From: Nageia nagi
Taxonomy: Eukaryota; Plantae; Pinophyta
Direction: 5' to 3'
DNA length: 64,000 bases
Assembly: GCA_050084985.1 (NCBI GenBank)
Contig: JBITNC010000001.1
Location: 111,414,001-111,478,000, forward strand
Below the pieces are notes generated by a model. The model did no database searches, was not told where the DNA came from, and saw only the letters and a list, made by a program, of their open reading frames with translations. Below are positions 48,491 to 61,969 of the stretch, piece after piece (the first letter of the stretch is position 1; every line of letters begins with the position of its first letter). A program made the position numbers and the translations under genes.

Positions 48491-49765
48491 TTCTAATGTC
48501 CCCTTTTGGTATCCCTGTTCATTTGGCACTTTCCAAATTTGATTCTGGCTATTCTGGCCAGGTGTGATTTGAAGCATTTAGGAGTGATTTGGTGTAAGTA
48601 GGTGTGATTTCGTATTTTATGCAATGTCCCCAAACAAAGCATCTCACTCATTTAATGCATTGAAATAATCCTATTTTGCCACTTGGAGTGGGATGTCCCT
48701 TTTCTAGAGATAGAATGTGTGATTTGATGTTTCTATGTATTTTTGTAATAATGAGACATTATTTAATGCTCTCAATTGTAATGTCATAATTTGGTATCTC
48801 TAGACATGATATTTGTATTTCCAAGAACAAATTGTGAGCCCCAAAGTGGAATGCCCAACTACATAAGGAAGGAAAGCTCCATTTGAGGATCATCTTTTGT
48901 CTATCTTCTTCTATCATTTCTAAGATTGGCTGAACAAGTAAGTTTCTAGCCTCTTGTGGATGAAAACCTGCAACAGAGTGGTCTAGATCCAGCACTTAAG
49001 GACAAAAACCATTAAGTTTTTGTTCCAGTTGCTTTTCAGAGTTCAGATACAACAATTTGAGGTCCCATAAAGGTTTGTCCTGCTTGACGAGGGACACATA
49101 GCTTGTGGGAGTGTTGTGAGTCCAATCATTGGAGGTCTTGGAATGAGGCGTGCAACCCTAGGGCATCTTTTTGATGGAATTTGAGCATTGTACTTGGATC
49201 TTTAGATCAATATAATTCAGATCTGATTTTCTCTGTCAAAATAAATTTGTGTGGATTTGGCAATGTTTGAGTAAATTCTATATTTTCTTAATTTGGAACA
49301 TAGAATAAAAATACGTTTTTTTGTAAATACGGCCCAAGGTTAAATACTTAAAAATGGCCAAAAATGGTCAAAGTACCGATAAATACAGTGAAAATTTACA
49401 GATTTTAAAATCTGTGAATATGTCAAAAAATAGAAAAAAGACAGTAAAGAAACGGAAAATACAGGAAAATTTCGGGACAAAAAAATGGCAAATTCAGGAA
49501 AAACGGACAAAAAAAGGGAAAAAGATGTTGAATACACCAAGTACGACAGGTATTATAAGTACAACTGATTTTTTATACATGTTTTTTGCATTTTTTGGTC
49601 GTTTATACGTTAAATATGGCAAGTATGGTGGGTAATGCCACTGTCTCTTCACATATTCAAGGCATATTCAACATTTTTTTATTGTTTTCTGGGCATATTT
49701 TTCTTGTATATATGGTGTCATATTTTCCTAGTAAAAAACAATGCTTTTAGCATTTTTTGGGGGTA

Positions 49766-50966
49766 TGTGATATCCCTTTTGTACTTTTAGTGGGACCAGT
49801 TTGGTCATCTTGTACTGTATCTACTTATTGTCTTTGTATTTGCATTGTGTAACTCAAGATACGAGGTTTAATGGGTCATGTGGAAACCACTGTGAGCCCC
49901 AAGTTGGATGTCTCCTCCTGAGTAGTAGAATAGACATGTTTTGTATTGGAGATCCCGGATTGTGGGAATCCCAAGGTAGATTTATACATTATCATGTTGG
50001 ACGGCCATCAAAGTGCTAGCGCTAGCTTGGGGAGGGCCCCATACCCCACGTTGGTTTATTAGAGCTCCAAGACCCCCATGTTGTCATATTATGTGTTTAT
50101 GACACCCACGTTGGCACTTAAGTGAATTGGGCCCCTCCAATTACCCAACGTTAGATTAGAAGGGTATGGAATGATCCCAAGGTGAGCTTTGGACATGAGA
50201 AAGGTATAAATAGACATTGGAGCTTCAGTATTAGATAGCTATTGATCATTATTACTTCTACTACAAACCTGCGGGCCCAAGTCTTGGCGGCGCTAAGCAA
50301 ACCATTCCTAGACGGAGCGTCTAGAGGGCGATTAGGAAGTGGGATCTTGATCGTCTACGACTTAGGTGGAGTACCTAGCCCATCTAGTGGTATTCCAAGG
50401 ATTCACTTCTACATTCAGTGGTTCACCAAGGTTCGAGGAGGGCTCCTTCAGTGGACAAGATTCGAATTCACAGGGAGTGTGTCTATCCCGTGGTTCTACA
50501 GTTCTTCCAGATTGGAGATATCATTATATTGTACCCTAGTTGGCTCCCTAGATTCCAACAACTACTCATCGGGCAATGCTATTGTATTTCATTCATTGAA
50601 TATCATTTGTATAGCCAGAGGACATTGGATCTTGAGTTGTGATTGTATTGCTTCATTTTGTGCATGTGTTGGATCTTAATGGTTGTATATGTTTATATTT
50701 ATCATTCGGCAACACCTTCATGTGTCAGGGTTTAGATTATGCATGTATGAGCCAGACGTTGACAATCTAGCATTGTATTCATTGATGTATGCTTGCATAT
50801 GTTGGACGGCATTTTGGGTATCTGAATCTTTAATGTGATTGCCCTAACCCTAATGTTGCATGTATGAGGGTTTGATTCTGTGTTGTGGATGCCCTAGACT
50901 TGACGTTAGGGTTTCATGGTCCAGTATTGCTAGTTTGAAGGAGAATTTAATTTTTGGATCATCATA
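49766..50966 (+). mobile_element. solo LTR with TSD GGGTA
   Basis: gggta|TGTGATATCCC...ATCATCATA|gggta (terminal CA>TA); homologous to 56050-58490 (-). Confidence 0.85.
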
Positions 50967-53900
50967 GGGTAACTACGACTTCGAGGAAAAAACGTCGTAT
51001 TTGGTGTATAAACATTATATAAATGCTCCATAGATTGCATTGTTGAACATAAATTACTCAAAAAGGATCATTATGACATAGTTGCACAATTTTGTTTGAT
51101 GGAAGTAGTTTTCATTTTAGTTTAAGAACTTCAATCTTATATGGAAGCATTTCTAACTAGGTATGGCAAGGTGTTTGAACAACAAACCAACTACATCTTG
51201 TAAGAAAATTGGACCAAAGAATTTTTTGATTCCCATCCCATCCAACATATACCCTTATAGATATTTGTACAATCAAAAGAATAAAATTGCAAAAATGGTC
51301 AAGAATTGTTGGATGTTCAATTCATCCAACCTAGTATCAACCCTTTCTGCTCTTGTATTATTGATTTTAAAAAAAAGTACAACTCATGGTGGATGTGCGT
51401 GGACTTCAAATAGTTGAATCACACCATCATAGACAAATTCCCTATTCAATCATTGTTGATTTTCTAAATGAGTTGCATGGGACAAAATTTTCTTAAAGTT
51501 GGACTTCCTCTCAAGATATGACCAAATTTGCATGAGGGAGGACAACATTCCCAAAACAACCTTTCAAAGACAAGGAGTTCATTATGAGTTTTGTGTGACA
51601 CCCTTCGACCTTATGCACCATCCCCCTTTCAAAGCTTGATGAATCAAGTGTTGGATCCCTATCTCCAAAAGTTTGTGTTGGTGTTCTTCAACAACATCTT
51701 AATCTATATGACCTACAAACAACATCATAATCATGTTAGGAGAACCAACTTCATGTCAAACAATCTAAGTATGTCTTTGTGATTTAGGCAATAGAATATC
51801 TAGTGAACATTGTATTCGAGTGGGTGCACAAGTTGATCCTAAAAAAATTGAAGCAACAAAGCATTGCTCAAACATAGAACCTTGAAAAGCCTATGGGAAA
51901 TTTTGGCACAACAAGTTTGTCGAAGACTATGGTTAAAAAGTTGTTGCCCTAATAGCCATATTAAAAACTCTTTTTCCTAGATAGAAGCCATTGAAATATT
52001 TAAAGCTCTCTATGTTAACTACCTTTGTGTTAGACACACCATACTTGACAAAATCTTTGTCAATGAGTGATGAATGCGAGGTAGGCATTGGAGCAATGCT
52101 CATGCCAAAGGAATGCCCAATCGCCTTCATAAGTAAGTCTTTAACCCACAACAACCTCGTCAAATCCACTTATGATAACGAAATGTTGGAAAACGTCTAG
52201 GCAATCATTTATTGGTGATCCTCCCTATTGGGGAGATATTTCCAAAAAAAAGTCCAATCATCACGGCTTAAAGTACTTCTTGGAGCAAAGAGTCTTCTTT
52301 CTTGACCAATAGAAGTGGATCATCAAATTAAGAGTATGACAATGACATCACGAACTGAAAAGGTAAAGAGAACGTGGTGGTGGACATGCTTTCTTGCATA
52401 ACTAAAGAGAACAAAATCCTATATGTCCTATTATTCACCAAAGTTGATTGGTTAAAGGAAGTGAAGGATAAAGAAGGTGAAGGATGAATGTGCCACAAAT
52501 ACACAAATTGCCAACATCATTTGAGAACTAAAGGCTGATTCCAACTCCCTTAAATATTACTCTTGGCAAGGTGTTTTATTAAATTACAAGCGGTGCTTAG
52601 TGATATCGGCCAAGTCCAACACTAATTCTAAGCTACTTCATGAATTATATTGAACTCCAATAGGGGGGCAGTCAAGATTCCTCCACACTTATGAGGGAAT
52701 CCAAAGAAACATCTTTTAGGAAGGAATGAAAAATGATGTCAAAGTATTTATGGACACCTATCAACAGAAAAAAGGGAAAGGCATTAAGTCCCTTGGTCTT
52801 CTCCAACCACTTCCCATTCTTTCCACATCTTGGTCCAACATTTCGATGGATATGATTGAGGGGCTCCCAAATTCCAACAAGAAGTGTATAATGGAAAGAG
52901 AATGCTTTTCAAGTTGAACATCTAACACATCATCAGCAATGTGAACAATCGGAGAATGCTTTTCAGGATGATCTTCCCCGTATCTATGGAGCCATTCATT
53001 CTTCAAATGCTGAGTTGCTTCACCTCTGCTATCCATACTTTCAGAGCAAGAGGATAGTCATAGTAAGCATCTGAAAAATATTGATATATGAGGTATAATT
53101 GTAGTGGAAGAAGATCAAATCGTTAAGAAGCAGCTGAAAACCATAAGCAGGGAAGCTCACCACTAAAGGGAAATGGTTTACCAAATAGCAGATCCAACAA
53201 AGCTTCCCTTATTTACATACAAAAGGTTGATGCAACAGAGACCTTTGCTACGAAAGGAGACCCATGATCTGAGTGTGGCTATAATTATAAGGTGGTTTAG
53301 CCATTATGGAGTTCACTTGGCCAATCATTCGACTCCTAGATTCCTTTACGACATTAAAGAGGGCAAAAACTCCCAGGAGATAGCACCCCCATGGGATAGA
53401 GGGACAACGTCCTCGAGGAGTGCATGGCACCACTGCACGCTTGGTCCATGATTTTTGTAAATAGTTACCCATCATTCATGGACAAAGGAATCGCATCTAA
53501 ACTTGTTGGCAAACAATTACAATAGAGTCTAATTTTTGTATGTACATAACCTCATGACTTTTTATTTGATATAAAGTACTTGATATCCTAGCTTTTGCTA
53601 TTCCTGTTATCCACACGTAATACATGTTTGGAAAATCTTAGCTTATATATGTGCATCTTCTTAAATAATGCAAATCAAATTTTACATCATTGTATATACC
53701 AAATATCACATGTTTTCCCATGTTATTGTTTCCTGTTGAGTTTTCAACTAAATTCTTGCAGGACCAGAAACAGGTGGTTATGTCTGTATACAAGCCAACA
53801 AGTCAAAGGTTCCTAGATGAGGGAGGTAGGATCATAGAGATCCTTAGAATATATACAAGATGTGTATTTTTCATCATTAATGGGCACAACTGTATGTTCC

Positions 53901-54925
53901 ATGCTAAAAGTGATTGGACCTGTAGCCATTATAATAAACATAGATAGCTCAATTAGATCATCCTTCAAATGTAGGTCTGCTGGATCTTTGAATTGATAAT
54001 CTAGAAAACGCTCGAAAGGAAATCACTTGCAAATGTCAAATTAGAAGCTGAAAAAAAAATTTCATGTAGTGTTGACTAGTGTGAATCTTTCAAATTAAGA
54101 CATTTAAACTAAGAAGTAACTGTAGTATAAAGACATTAAGATCTCGATCACAACCTTTTACTTTTAAAATATGTAGGCAGATATAGAAGAGTAAATAACA
54201 AGAAAAAAGTTTAAATTCAAGAATGTATCTGAATTATAGAGCACTTGAACAAGAAAGTGAAACAAAATAGGAAGAATACCGAAATAAAAATTTCTGCTTG
54301 ATTTTTGTAGTATATGATTAAGTTTAAAAATGCCAACTTACAATACTTAAGACTGTTTTTATTATGGACATGTAAAAAGTACTGAATACTTCAGACTGCC
54401 AACTTAAAATACTTAATACTGCTGTTATTATGGACATGAAAAATGTACTGAATACATACTTGGGCCAATACTCCACTTACTTGTTATAATACTCAGGATA
54501 AGTCTTCTTGATTTAAACATATTGTTTCAGAAATTTTTCAATTGTCCACACCATTTTGCATACAAGTATACCAAGTAGGACAAGCATCCAAGGCGCCTGC
54601 CTTGACAACTACAAGCACCTTAACTACAGAAAAATGTGCTACATAATTAGATCATGGACTTAAATCACATTGAAGTTCAAAATTATATATGCTTAAGTCG
54701 AATAAACCTTTGTAACTTGGTTTTCAAGAATGAAAATCAAAAGCTCTTTTACAGATACTTCAATTTCATAAGCAGGACAAATTCCAAATATCTTAGCAAC
54801 AACATTCTATATAGAGACACCCTTTTACAGCATTGGCATCAAACATAAAGAGAAATGATATTCTCTACTGCAAAAAAGAAATGTGGTTACAGAAGCCAAT
54901 ATTTTCTCAGCAAAAGACCACCTAC

Positions 54926-55014
54926 CCACACAATTGCCAAATGCCGGACAATGATGATCAAATCTGTTGATATAGGCCTGGCATTGTCTGCAATATCTTG
55001 CTCTTATAGAGAAT
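54926..55014 (-). CDS. DHHC protein S-acyltransferase (palmitoyltransferase), exon with the catalytic DHHC motif
   Basis: Minus strand ttgcag|A TTC TCT...GTG G|gtagg translates FSIRARYCRQCQAYINRFDHHCPAFGNCV(G). Canonical AG/GT sites; the phase-1 end matches the next exon. Confidence 0.95.
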
Positions 55015-55389
55015 CTGCAATCTGATCAACATATCATTATACAAGAACAGTATTAGATGGCAAAAACCTTAAATTTTAATAGGCACCATATTAAATCTAT
55101 CAAATACATGGAAGGTGGAAATATAACAGAGGCAAACATATAACTAATATGTTATTCCAAGAATGACTAGATGTAAAAACACTAATTTGCAAAATCTAAT
55201 GAGTTTTAATAGAATTTGATTCAACCAATCACTTATAAATGACTAAAGAAGATCAGATGTGAAAAATAGATACATTCATACACAGTAAGAGCAATACTAA
55301 CAACATGAAGGGAAAATCATATCCATTTGATAGTAGGGACTCTGTACTAGACTACACGTCTCTAAGAGGACATGTAAACCAATGAAAAC

Positions 55390-55433
55390 CTGACTCTCCA
55401 ATTGTGCAATGCTTGAAGCCTTGAGGATAACAG
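55390..55433 (-). CDS. candidate upstream exon of the DHHC gene
   Basis: ctaacctgtag|CTG TTA...GTC AG|gttttc gives LLSSRLQALHNWRV(R). The phase-2 end fits the DHHC exon, but no conserved motif confirms it. Confidence 0.4.
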
Positions 55434-56049
55434 CTACAGGTTAGCTTTATTTAATTATGGAAGTATGTGTTTGGGTTGGTTGAGGAAGATGCTCTAGAAT
55501 GCCTTTAGTGGACCTCAGCATTCATTTAGAGGACTCTTGCGTGCAACTTCAATCTGACTAAACAAATGTGTCCACGCACAGAAAACTAGAACGTAACATA
55601 GGAAAAACATATTCAAGCAGAAGACTCCATGAAAAATAGCAGAGCTGCTTTTAATCGTTACCCAATACTTTATGGTGGAGTTACTAAGATAGCAGTAAAC
55701 TTACAAACAAAATTATGATTACACAATTGCAGAAATTGTTGCGGTTGTCTGCCTTATTTTGAAACCGTTTTCCTTCAAATGATATTTGAATATTATGTTT
55801 TCCTTTTTATCTGTCCATGGATAAAGATGAATCAGATTTGCTAATTAAAAAATCTTCTTGTCTTCCCAAGTTGACACGGAACCAATGGAGCATCCAGGTT
55901 ATTGCCCTCAGATGCTTTCAGTTTGTGGAATATGAATTAGTAGCATGATCAACGTAGATGATAAATACCCTTCACTCATCTTTTCTTGAATTTCATAAGC
56001 TGTTATTCTCAAGACAGAACCATAACTAACCATTTTCATTGAAAACTTT

Positions 56050-58490
56050 TGTGATGCATCGAAATGCAACTCAAAGCAAAATCAGCAAATTCGATTACAA
56101 TAACCCTGACGTCAGGTCTAGAGCATCAACCATATCATTCAAACTCTCCAATTGCCAACGTTAGGGTTAGATCATCAATAATCAACATGCACAACACCAA
56201 AACAACCACGACTGGCTAATAAATGCATTATACAATAGATAACATCTCACAATGCCAACATCTGATAATTACAAGCATGAATAACAATAGCAATCCAACG
56301 CATGCACAAATGGATAGACGCAAGACAAGTATTAGATCCGAATGCCCTTGGCAATATACGAATGATATGAAATGACAATGATACAATACCAAGCCCAAGA
56401 GGGCTGACACTGGCCTTTGTAATGCACCCGTTCCAAGGTGCATCAAGACCCACTGGGTCAATTGTAATATAATATAGTAGGTGTGCTTTCATGATTATTA
56501 TTGTAAACTCAAGATAGGAAATATAGGCCATGTGGGCCCCACTCTGAGCCCCAAGCGTGACGATCCCTCCTGAGTATAGATTAGGTATATTTTATTGTAT
56601 GGAGATCCCGAAATCCCAATGCTAGCAACTGAAACGACTTAGATGGACTCCTAGGAGCTAATATCCATCTTGGAGGGTCCCACACCCCCAACGTTGGCAT
56701 CCTAACTGATCATGTCTCCCACGTTGGCACATTTGGTCACCTAGGACCCCACGTCAGCCTCTTGGAAGCTCAACACACCCAACGTTGGCTTCTTGGGCCC
56801 TTATGACCCCATGCTGGACTAGTTTGACTAGTCATACCCCAACGTTGGATTATAAGGCTGATTATGGTGATTTCGAGGAGCTTAAGCTAGAGGAGGTTAT
56901 AAAAGAGCATTGAGGGTCTCATTCACACAATTTATTATTATTTCTCTCATTTGATATTTACTTGTACAAACCGGTGGTCTCGAGACTTAGTGACGCTAAG
57001 CACCATTCCTACGCAGGTTGTCTAGAGGGCTATCAAGGGCTGGGATCCTGATAGGTTAGGTTGAGTAGGTTACTCGACACATCTGATGGCATTCGAGGGC
57101 ACACATCTACCGTTCAGTCGGATTTCCAGTCTGCGAGGAGGGCCCCTTCGATGGGGAGGATTCGGAATTCTAAATGTGTGGGGTCTTATCCCGTGGTTCG
57201 CAAGCTGTAGTGATACATTGTTGTATTGGTTTGCTCCATTTGAGGTCAACGTCTAGCTCTAGGATGTAATTGATCATATCATTTATGAAACAATGCCATA
57301 TTGATGTTGGATCCTCAATTTGTTGTGTTTATGTGTAATGTGATCTTGGATTTATGTTGGTTTTCCAATGGTTCATTGAGTTAGAATAATTGTTGCATGT
57401 ATTTGCTACTCATTATATGTAATACTGGCAAATTAGGCTAGATGTGGGTAGTCCTGGTGGAAGTAGAGCCTTAGAGGGTTGACGTCAGCTAACTGGGAGG
57501 GTTTGAGTGCCAAAGACCCTAACGTGGGGCTAGGGCTGCCATTTAGGGGTATTTTGGAAGCCCTAGTTGTAGGGAAATTTGCTCATTATTAGAGAGTAGG
57601 GTTTGGAGGCATTACAGCCTCTCAGGAGCCAACTAGAGCACAACACAATATTTGCTCTTCACTGGAATAACTCTGGAACCATGGGACAATACGCCTCCTC
57701 AAAATAAGAATCCTCTCCACCGAAGGAGCCCTCCTCAAATCCTAGATAACCACTAAAGGTAGAAGCAATACCTCCGAATACCACCGAATGGGCAAAGGTG
57801 CTACACCAGTGTCGTAGATAGACAGGATCCCTCAGCCTGAATGCCCTCTAGATGTTGCGCCTAAGAAGGTTGCTTAGCACCGCTAAGACTTGTCCTTTGG
57901 AATATAAAAAAGTAATAATGATCAAGTATATCCAGTAATGAACCTCCAACGATTAATATAGCCTTCCTTGGTTCAAATTACACCTCAAAGTCATCACCCA
58001 ATCCCCTCATGGCCCAACATTGGCACCTAGGGATCAATCCAGGCTCAACATCGGAAACCTGGGCCTCCCCTATGCTCCACGTGGACCCAATAATGCATGT
58101 GTGGGTCTAGGAGGCATTCATGGGCACCTAGGGAGGCAATGCGAGTCTTAAGGGCCAACGGGGGGGTCTAGAAGCCTCCCCCAAGTTGGCGCAAGTGTCT
58201 ACATGCTCCCAATCTCAACGTTGGGTCATAAAGTGCTCATCCAACCATTAAATGCTAAATAGGCCTTGGGATTCCCACAATCATGTTTCGGGATCTCCAA
58301 GTATGACAATAACAACTAATCTAACTTTAGGAGGGAGACATCCCACTTGGGGCTCACAGTGGGATCCATTGACCCATTAGTCTCCTATCCTAAGTTATAA
58401 TATGAAAGTACAATGCATAAACAAAGTATATTACAAGAGGACCCTTTCGGACCCCACAATTAATTACAACTAGACAAGGGGGACATCACA
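56050..58490 (-). mobile_element. solo LTR with TSD ACTTT, containing a nested solo LTR
   Basis: acttt|TGTGATG...CATCACA|acttt; homologous to 49766-50966 in reverse orientation. Confidence 0.88.
56418..57616 (+). mobile_element. nested solo LTR (same family as 44914-46130)
   Basis: TGTAATGC...GCATTACA 8-bp inverted termini; flanks gcctt/gcctc. Confidence 0.9.
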
Positions 58491-59019
58491 ACTTTGGAGC
58501 AAACAAATGTTTCTTCAAGGGGGTTGTGATGGGTTCTACCTCTCTACCTCCCAAAGGGCTTGCCACCGCATAATTCTAAGAGGGTTGAAAGGAAAACAAA
58601 GAAACTTTAGTTAAGGCCAAAAAAAGGAATTAGTAGCATAACCAGTGATAAATTAACTCAATCTTAGACATTTCACTCATTTTGCCTTGAATCTCATTAG
58701 TTGCTTACACTTCAAACAAAATCATACTTATCATTTTCCCCTTTGAGATTCTTTCAAGCAGACATGTCTATTCAGCTATGGGGAACTGCATTGGAATACT
58801 ACCCCTCTACCTCGCCAAGAGTTGCCACCCCTTAACTATGTGAGGGGAATTAGAAAAAAGAATAGTATTGAATGTGAGACCAACATATAGGAAAGACACT
58901 AGAGGATTGACCTACCACCTGCATCCATCTGCATTACAGTTGAAGTCATATAATCACTTCAAATCTTTTCATACTAATTTGTGTGAAAAGTTGACATCTA
59001 AGAAAACTATGCTCATATA

Positions 59020-59625
59020 GTGGTAAACTTGACAAGTGATTTATCACAAGCAAAAGCCATTTCAGAAACTAGCATAAAATAAAATGTCAAGAGATTTAGC
59101 AATCACATAGTGACAGTATTTCTAAGGAGAAACCCCCTTAGCAAGAAACCATCATAAGGAACAAGGTCCGACTTTGGTATTTCAAATGAAATGCCAGAAT
59201 TACTAAACAACAGCCATAGGGCCTCTTAGCTCAAATTTACAAGCATGCTACAGACCATTTAGAACAAGCCCCTACTTCCAACAAATTTTCAAACATCTTC
59301 AATCTTACAAGAAGATATGGTGGTAAACTTGACAATTGATTCATCACAAGCAGAAGCTGTTTCAGAAAAAGGAGTGAAAAAAATTGTGAAGAAGATTTAG
59401 CAATCACATAGTAACGGTATTTCTATGGAGAAACTCCCTTGGCAACAAAGTACAAACCATAATAGGAAAAAGGACAGACTTTGCTATTTTGAATGAAATG
59501 CCAGAATTACTAAATAACAGCTGTGGGGCCTGTTAGTTCAAACTTATGAGCATGCTACAGACCTTTTAAAACAAACCTCTGCCTCCAACAAATTTTCAAA
59601 CATCTTCAATCTTACAAGAAGATAT
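59020..59625. repeat. ~300-bp diverged tandem duplication
   Basis: tggtaaacttgacaa.tgatt...aatcttacaagaagatat starts at about 59020 and 59321. Confidence 0.85.
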
Positions 59626-61969
59626 TCACTTCCTGAAACATATATGTATGCATCCAAATGGTTGTTCAGATAAAAGGTTGGTTGAACGCTTTTATGAAAT
59701 TGTGAACACAGAATGACAAGCCCAATAGTCATGTTGGGTCAGGCTTAGCCCCTTCAACTTCTGTCTTGGTGACACCATGAAATGGAAATTGGAAGACATA
59801 TCAGTAATGCATTACATTACCACATTAATTGCAATGGTTGGAAACATCATCAAGATTAAACTAATGCCTTCTTCTAGTTGTCTAGAATATTGAATTTCTT
59901 TTGATGCTCATCTTGTATGGGTTTTATGGGTTTCAGGTGCCCATATGTTGGTTTCAGTGTACATTCTTTAACTCTTTTATTTCTTGGGTCTAAATATGCA
60001 AGGATGATTTTCTTGATTTCTGGTATATGCTGAACAGATTGTCTGATCCATTCTAACTACACATGCCTAGTGCAGAGGCCTTTTGTCCTAGAAAGCTCAA
60101 TGTAATTGGATTAGGCACTTCCTTTCACCTTCTCTATGTCATACCTCAATTCTCATTGAAAGTGGTTGTATAAGATAAACTTTTGTTTGCAACCTACAAT
60201 GCATCCTCAAATATGTATCTTTCTACCTTATTTCAGGTTTTCTTATTTTCAGAAGCTCCCCAGTTCAAGTGAAGTCTCTTTCTCTTTCTTCAACATGGTT
60301 ATCAATTACACTCCTTGTTGTGTTGATCATTTTCCCTGCTGTTCATGGCATCCTCATACCTGGCTGGTGTGCTCCATGCCCTTGTTCCGATTGATTCATA
60401 CTAGATCAGTAGGCAGTTGTTATAGAAATTTATAATTCTTAATATCATCCAACTATCTTCAAGAGTCGGTTGCAAAACATTTGGAAAAAAGACCCTTCAA
60501 AATCTTAGGGAACTAAACGGAAGAAATGAGGAGTCATTTGAGATGTCAGATAGGAAGAGAACCAAGGAAGTCCTTTTAACAAGGATACTTCATCAAATCT
60601 ACAAAAGAGCTCAAAGAGATATCTGCAATCAATTCAAACAAATTGCAGATTTTAATTTAATGATTGTCCATGTAATTCCTACAATGAATAAGAAATAAAG
60701 AGCTTCCACAAATTGTGAAAACATTTTGTCAGTAATGTTGCAAAGTAATTTCCATTGTGTAATACATACTTTATTGTTATTGGTTCGTGGAGAATGTTTT
60801 TGAGTAAACCAACACCTGTTTTAACTTAATAACCTCAATTTTTTCGAAGACTTCAACTGCCTTAAAGAAAACATCAGAATTGCGTTTTCATGTGTAAGAA
60901 AACAAATCATTTTGGTATTACAGCAGGATGTTCTAGCCCCTAGTTCAGCACACAAAATTTTCCAGCCATGGAAATTCAAAATGCGTATCCTAGTGAGGGT
61001 CTAACAGATGAAAGGTGAACCCAGGAATTATTGGAGAAGACTCTGTCATAATGCAAAGAGACTTTCAAGCAAAGAGAAGAGAAAAAAAAAACTTTCAAAT
61101 GAATCTGTTGACAAAAATAAAAGTCAAGTATTAAAATATGCCACCATTAATTATGCCTTGGAAATGAAAATAGATTCATAGCAATAGGCATTATTATAGA
61201 AACTTAGAGAGGAGATATACAGAAGATTTATCTAGAGGTTGTCGATCAAAGACAGGCTGGTGAACAGCTTGTCAACTTTGAGGACAAATCCAAGCATTCC
61301 GCAGCATTGAGTGACTTCTAAAGGTGAACGAATAATAGATTTGAGCAATATTGGACTAGACTCAGCTGCTGGAACTAGTTTGGAGTCAATTTGGCTTGGC
61401 AGCCAAGTTGCCATGTTCTGGGATACAGGTCCCAAAACATCCAACATTATGGGATGCCAGATCTAGAATGCCTACAGTGTGGGCTTTTCAGAGTTCAAGG
61501 GTGTTGCAAAATTCAATGATGCATCCTATTGAATCATGCATGAATCTGCAATCTACCTTGCAGAATTCAGCTTTGATATCTGCAAACATGCCTTAAGGAA
61601 ATATTGAAGGAAAATGTGACTGATCTTAAGAGCATATGCAACCGTGGGTCTAAAATTCAAAAGATCATCAAATACATATTTGCTTTTTTGCTTTATATAG
61701 AGTTGAGAAATCTAATTTTCAGTTCACATAGGTGGACCCACCTAGGATGACATGTATATGAAATAACACTAACTTAGAAGATTTCACTTAGGTTAGAACA
61801 GTCCAAAGCATATTTGGAGAACTCAGACTCAACAATTGATCAGCAAAGCCATTTTGGAAGAGTACTCCACAACTCGCAAAAAGAAGAACTTTGTATATTT
61901 TATTAAAAAAATCATATAAAAAGTTATTTAAAATCGGAATTAGAGAATTGCAAATCAATTTTCTTTTAG

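Larger units (their letters stand above)
42370..52880 (+). mobile_element. old Ty3/gypsy element (gag end 42550-42780; protease/RT/RNaseH/integrase remnants 50980-52880) interrupted by younger gypsy material
   Basis: KGLYYNRNEKWSLGHKC gag motif; FQSLMNQVLDPYLQKFVLVFFNNIL, GIGAMLM..PIAFISKSL and GLLQPLPI..WSNISMDMIEGLP. Confidence 0.75.

Noticed and set aside
49299-49627. MITE-like AT-rich insert (catagaataaaaatacg...aagtatg)
   Set aside because: It has a hAT-MITE appearance, but TIRs and TSD do not match convincingly.
55513-55553. possible exon upstream of 55390-55433
   Set aside because: Stop codons occur in all three frames before the donor.
60360-60400. 41-nt candidate upstream DHHC exon (tag|TATGAATC...CAG|gtatga)
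   Set aside because: Splice sites are plausible and one frame is phase-compatible, but it has no recognisable PAT motif such as DPG; cannot be supported without cDNA.
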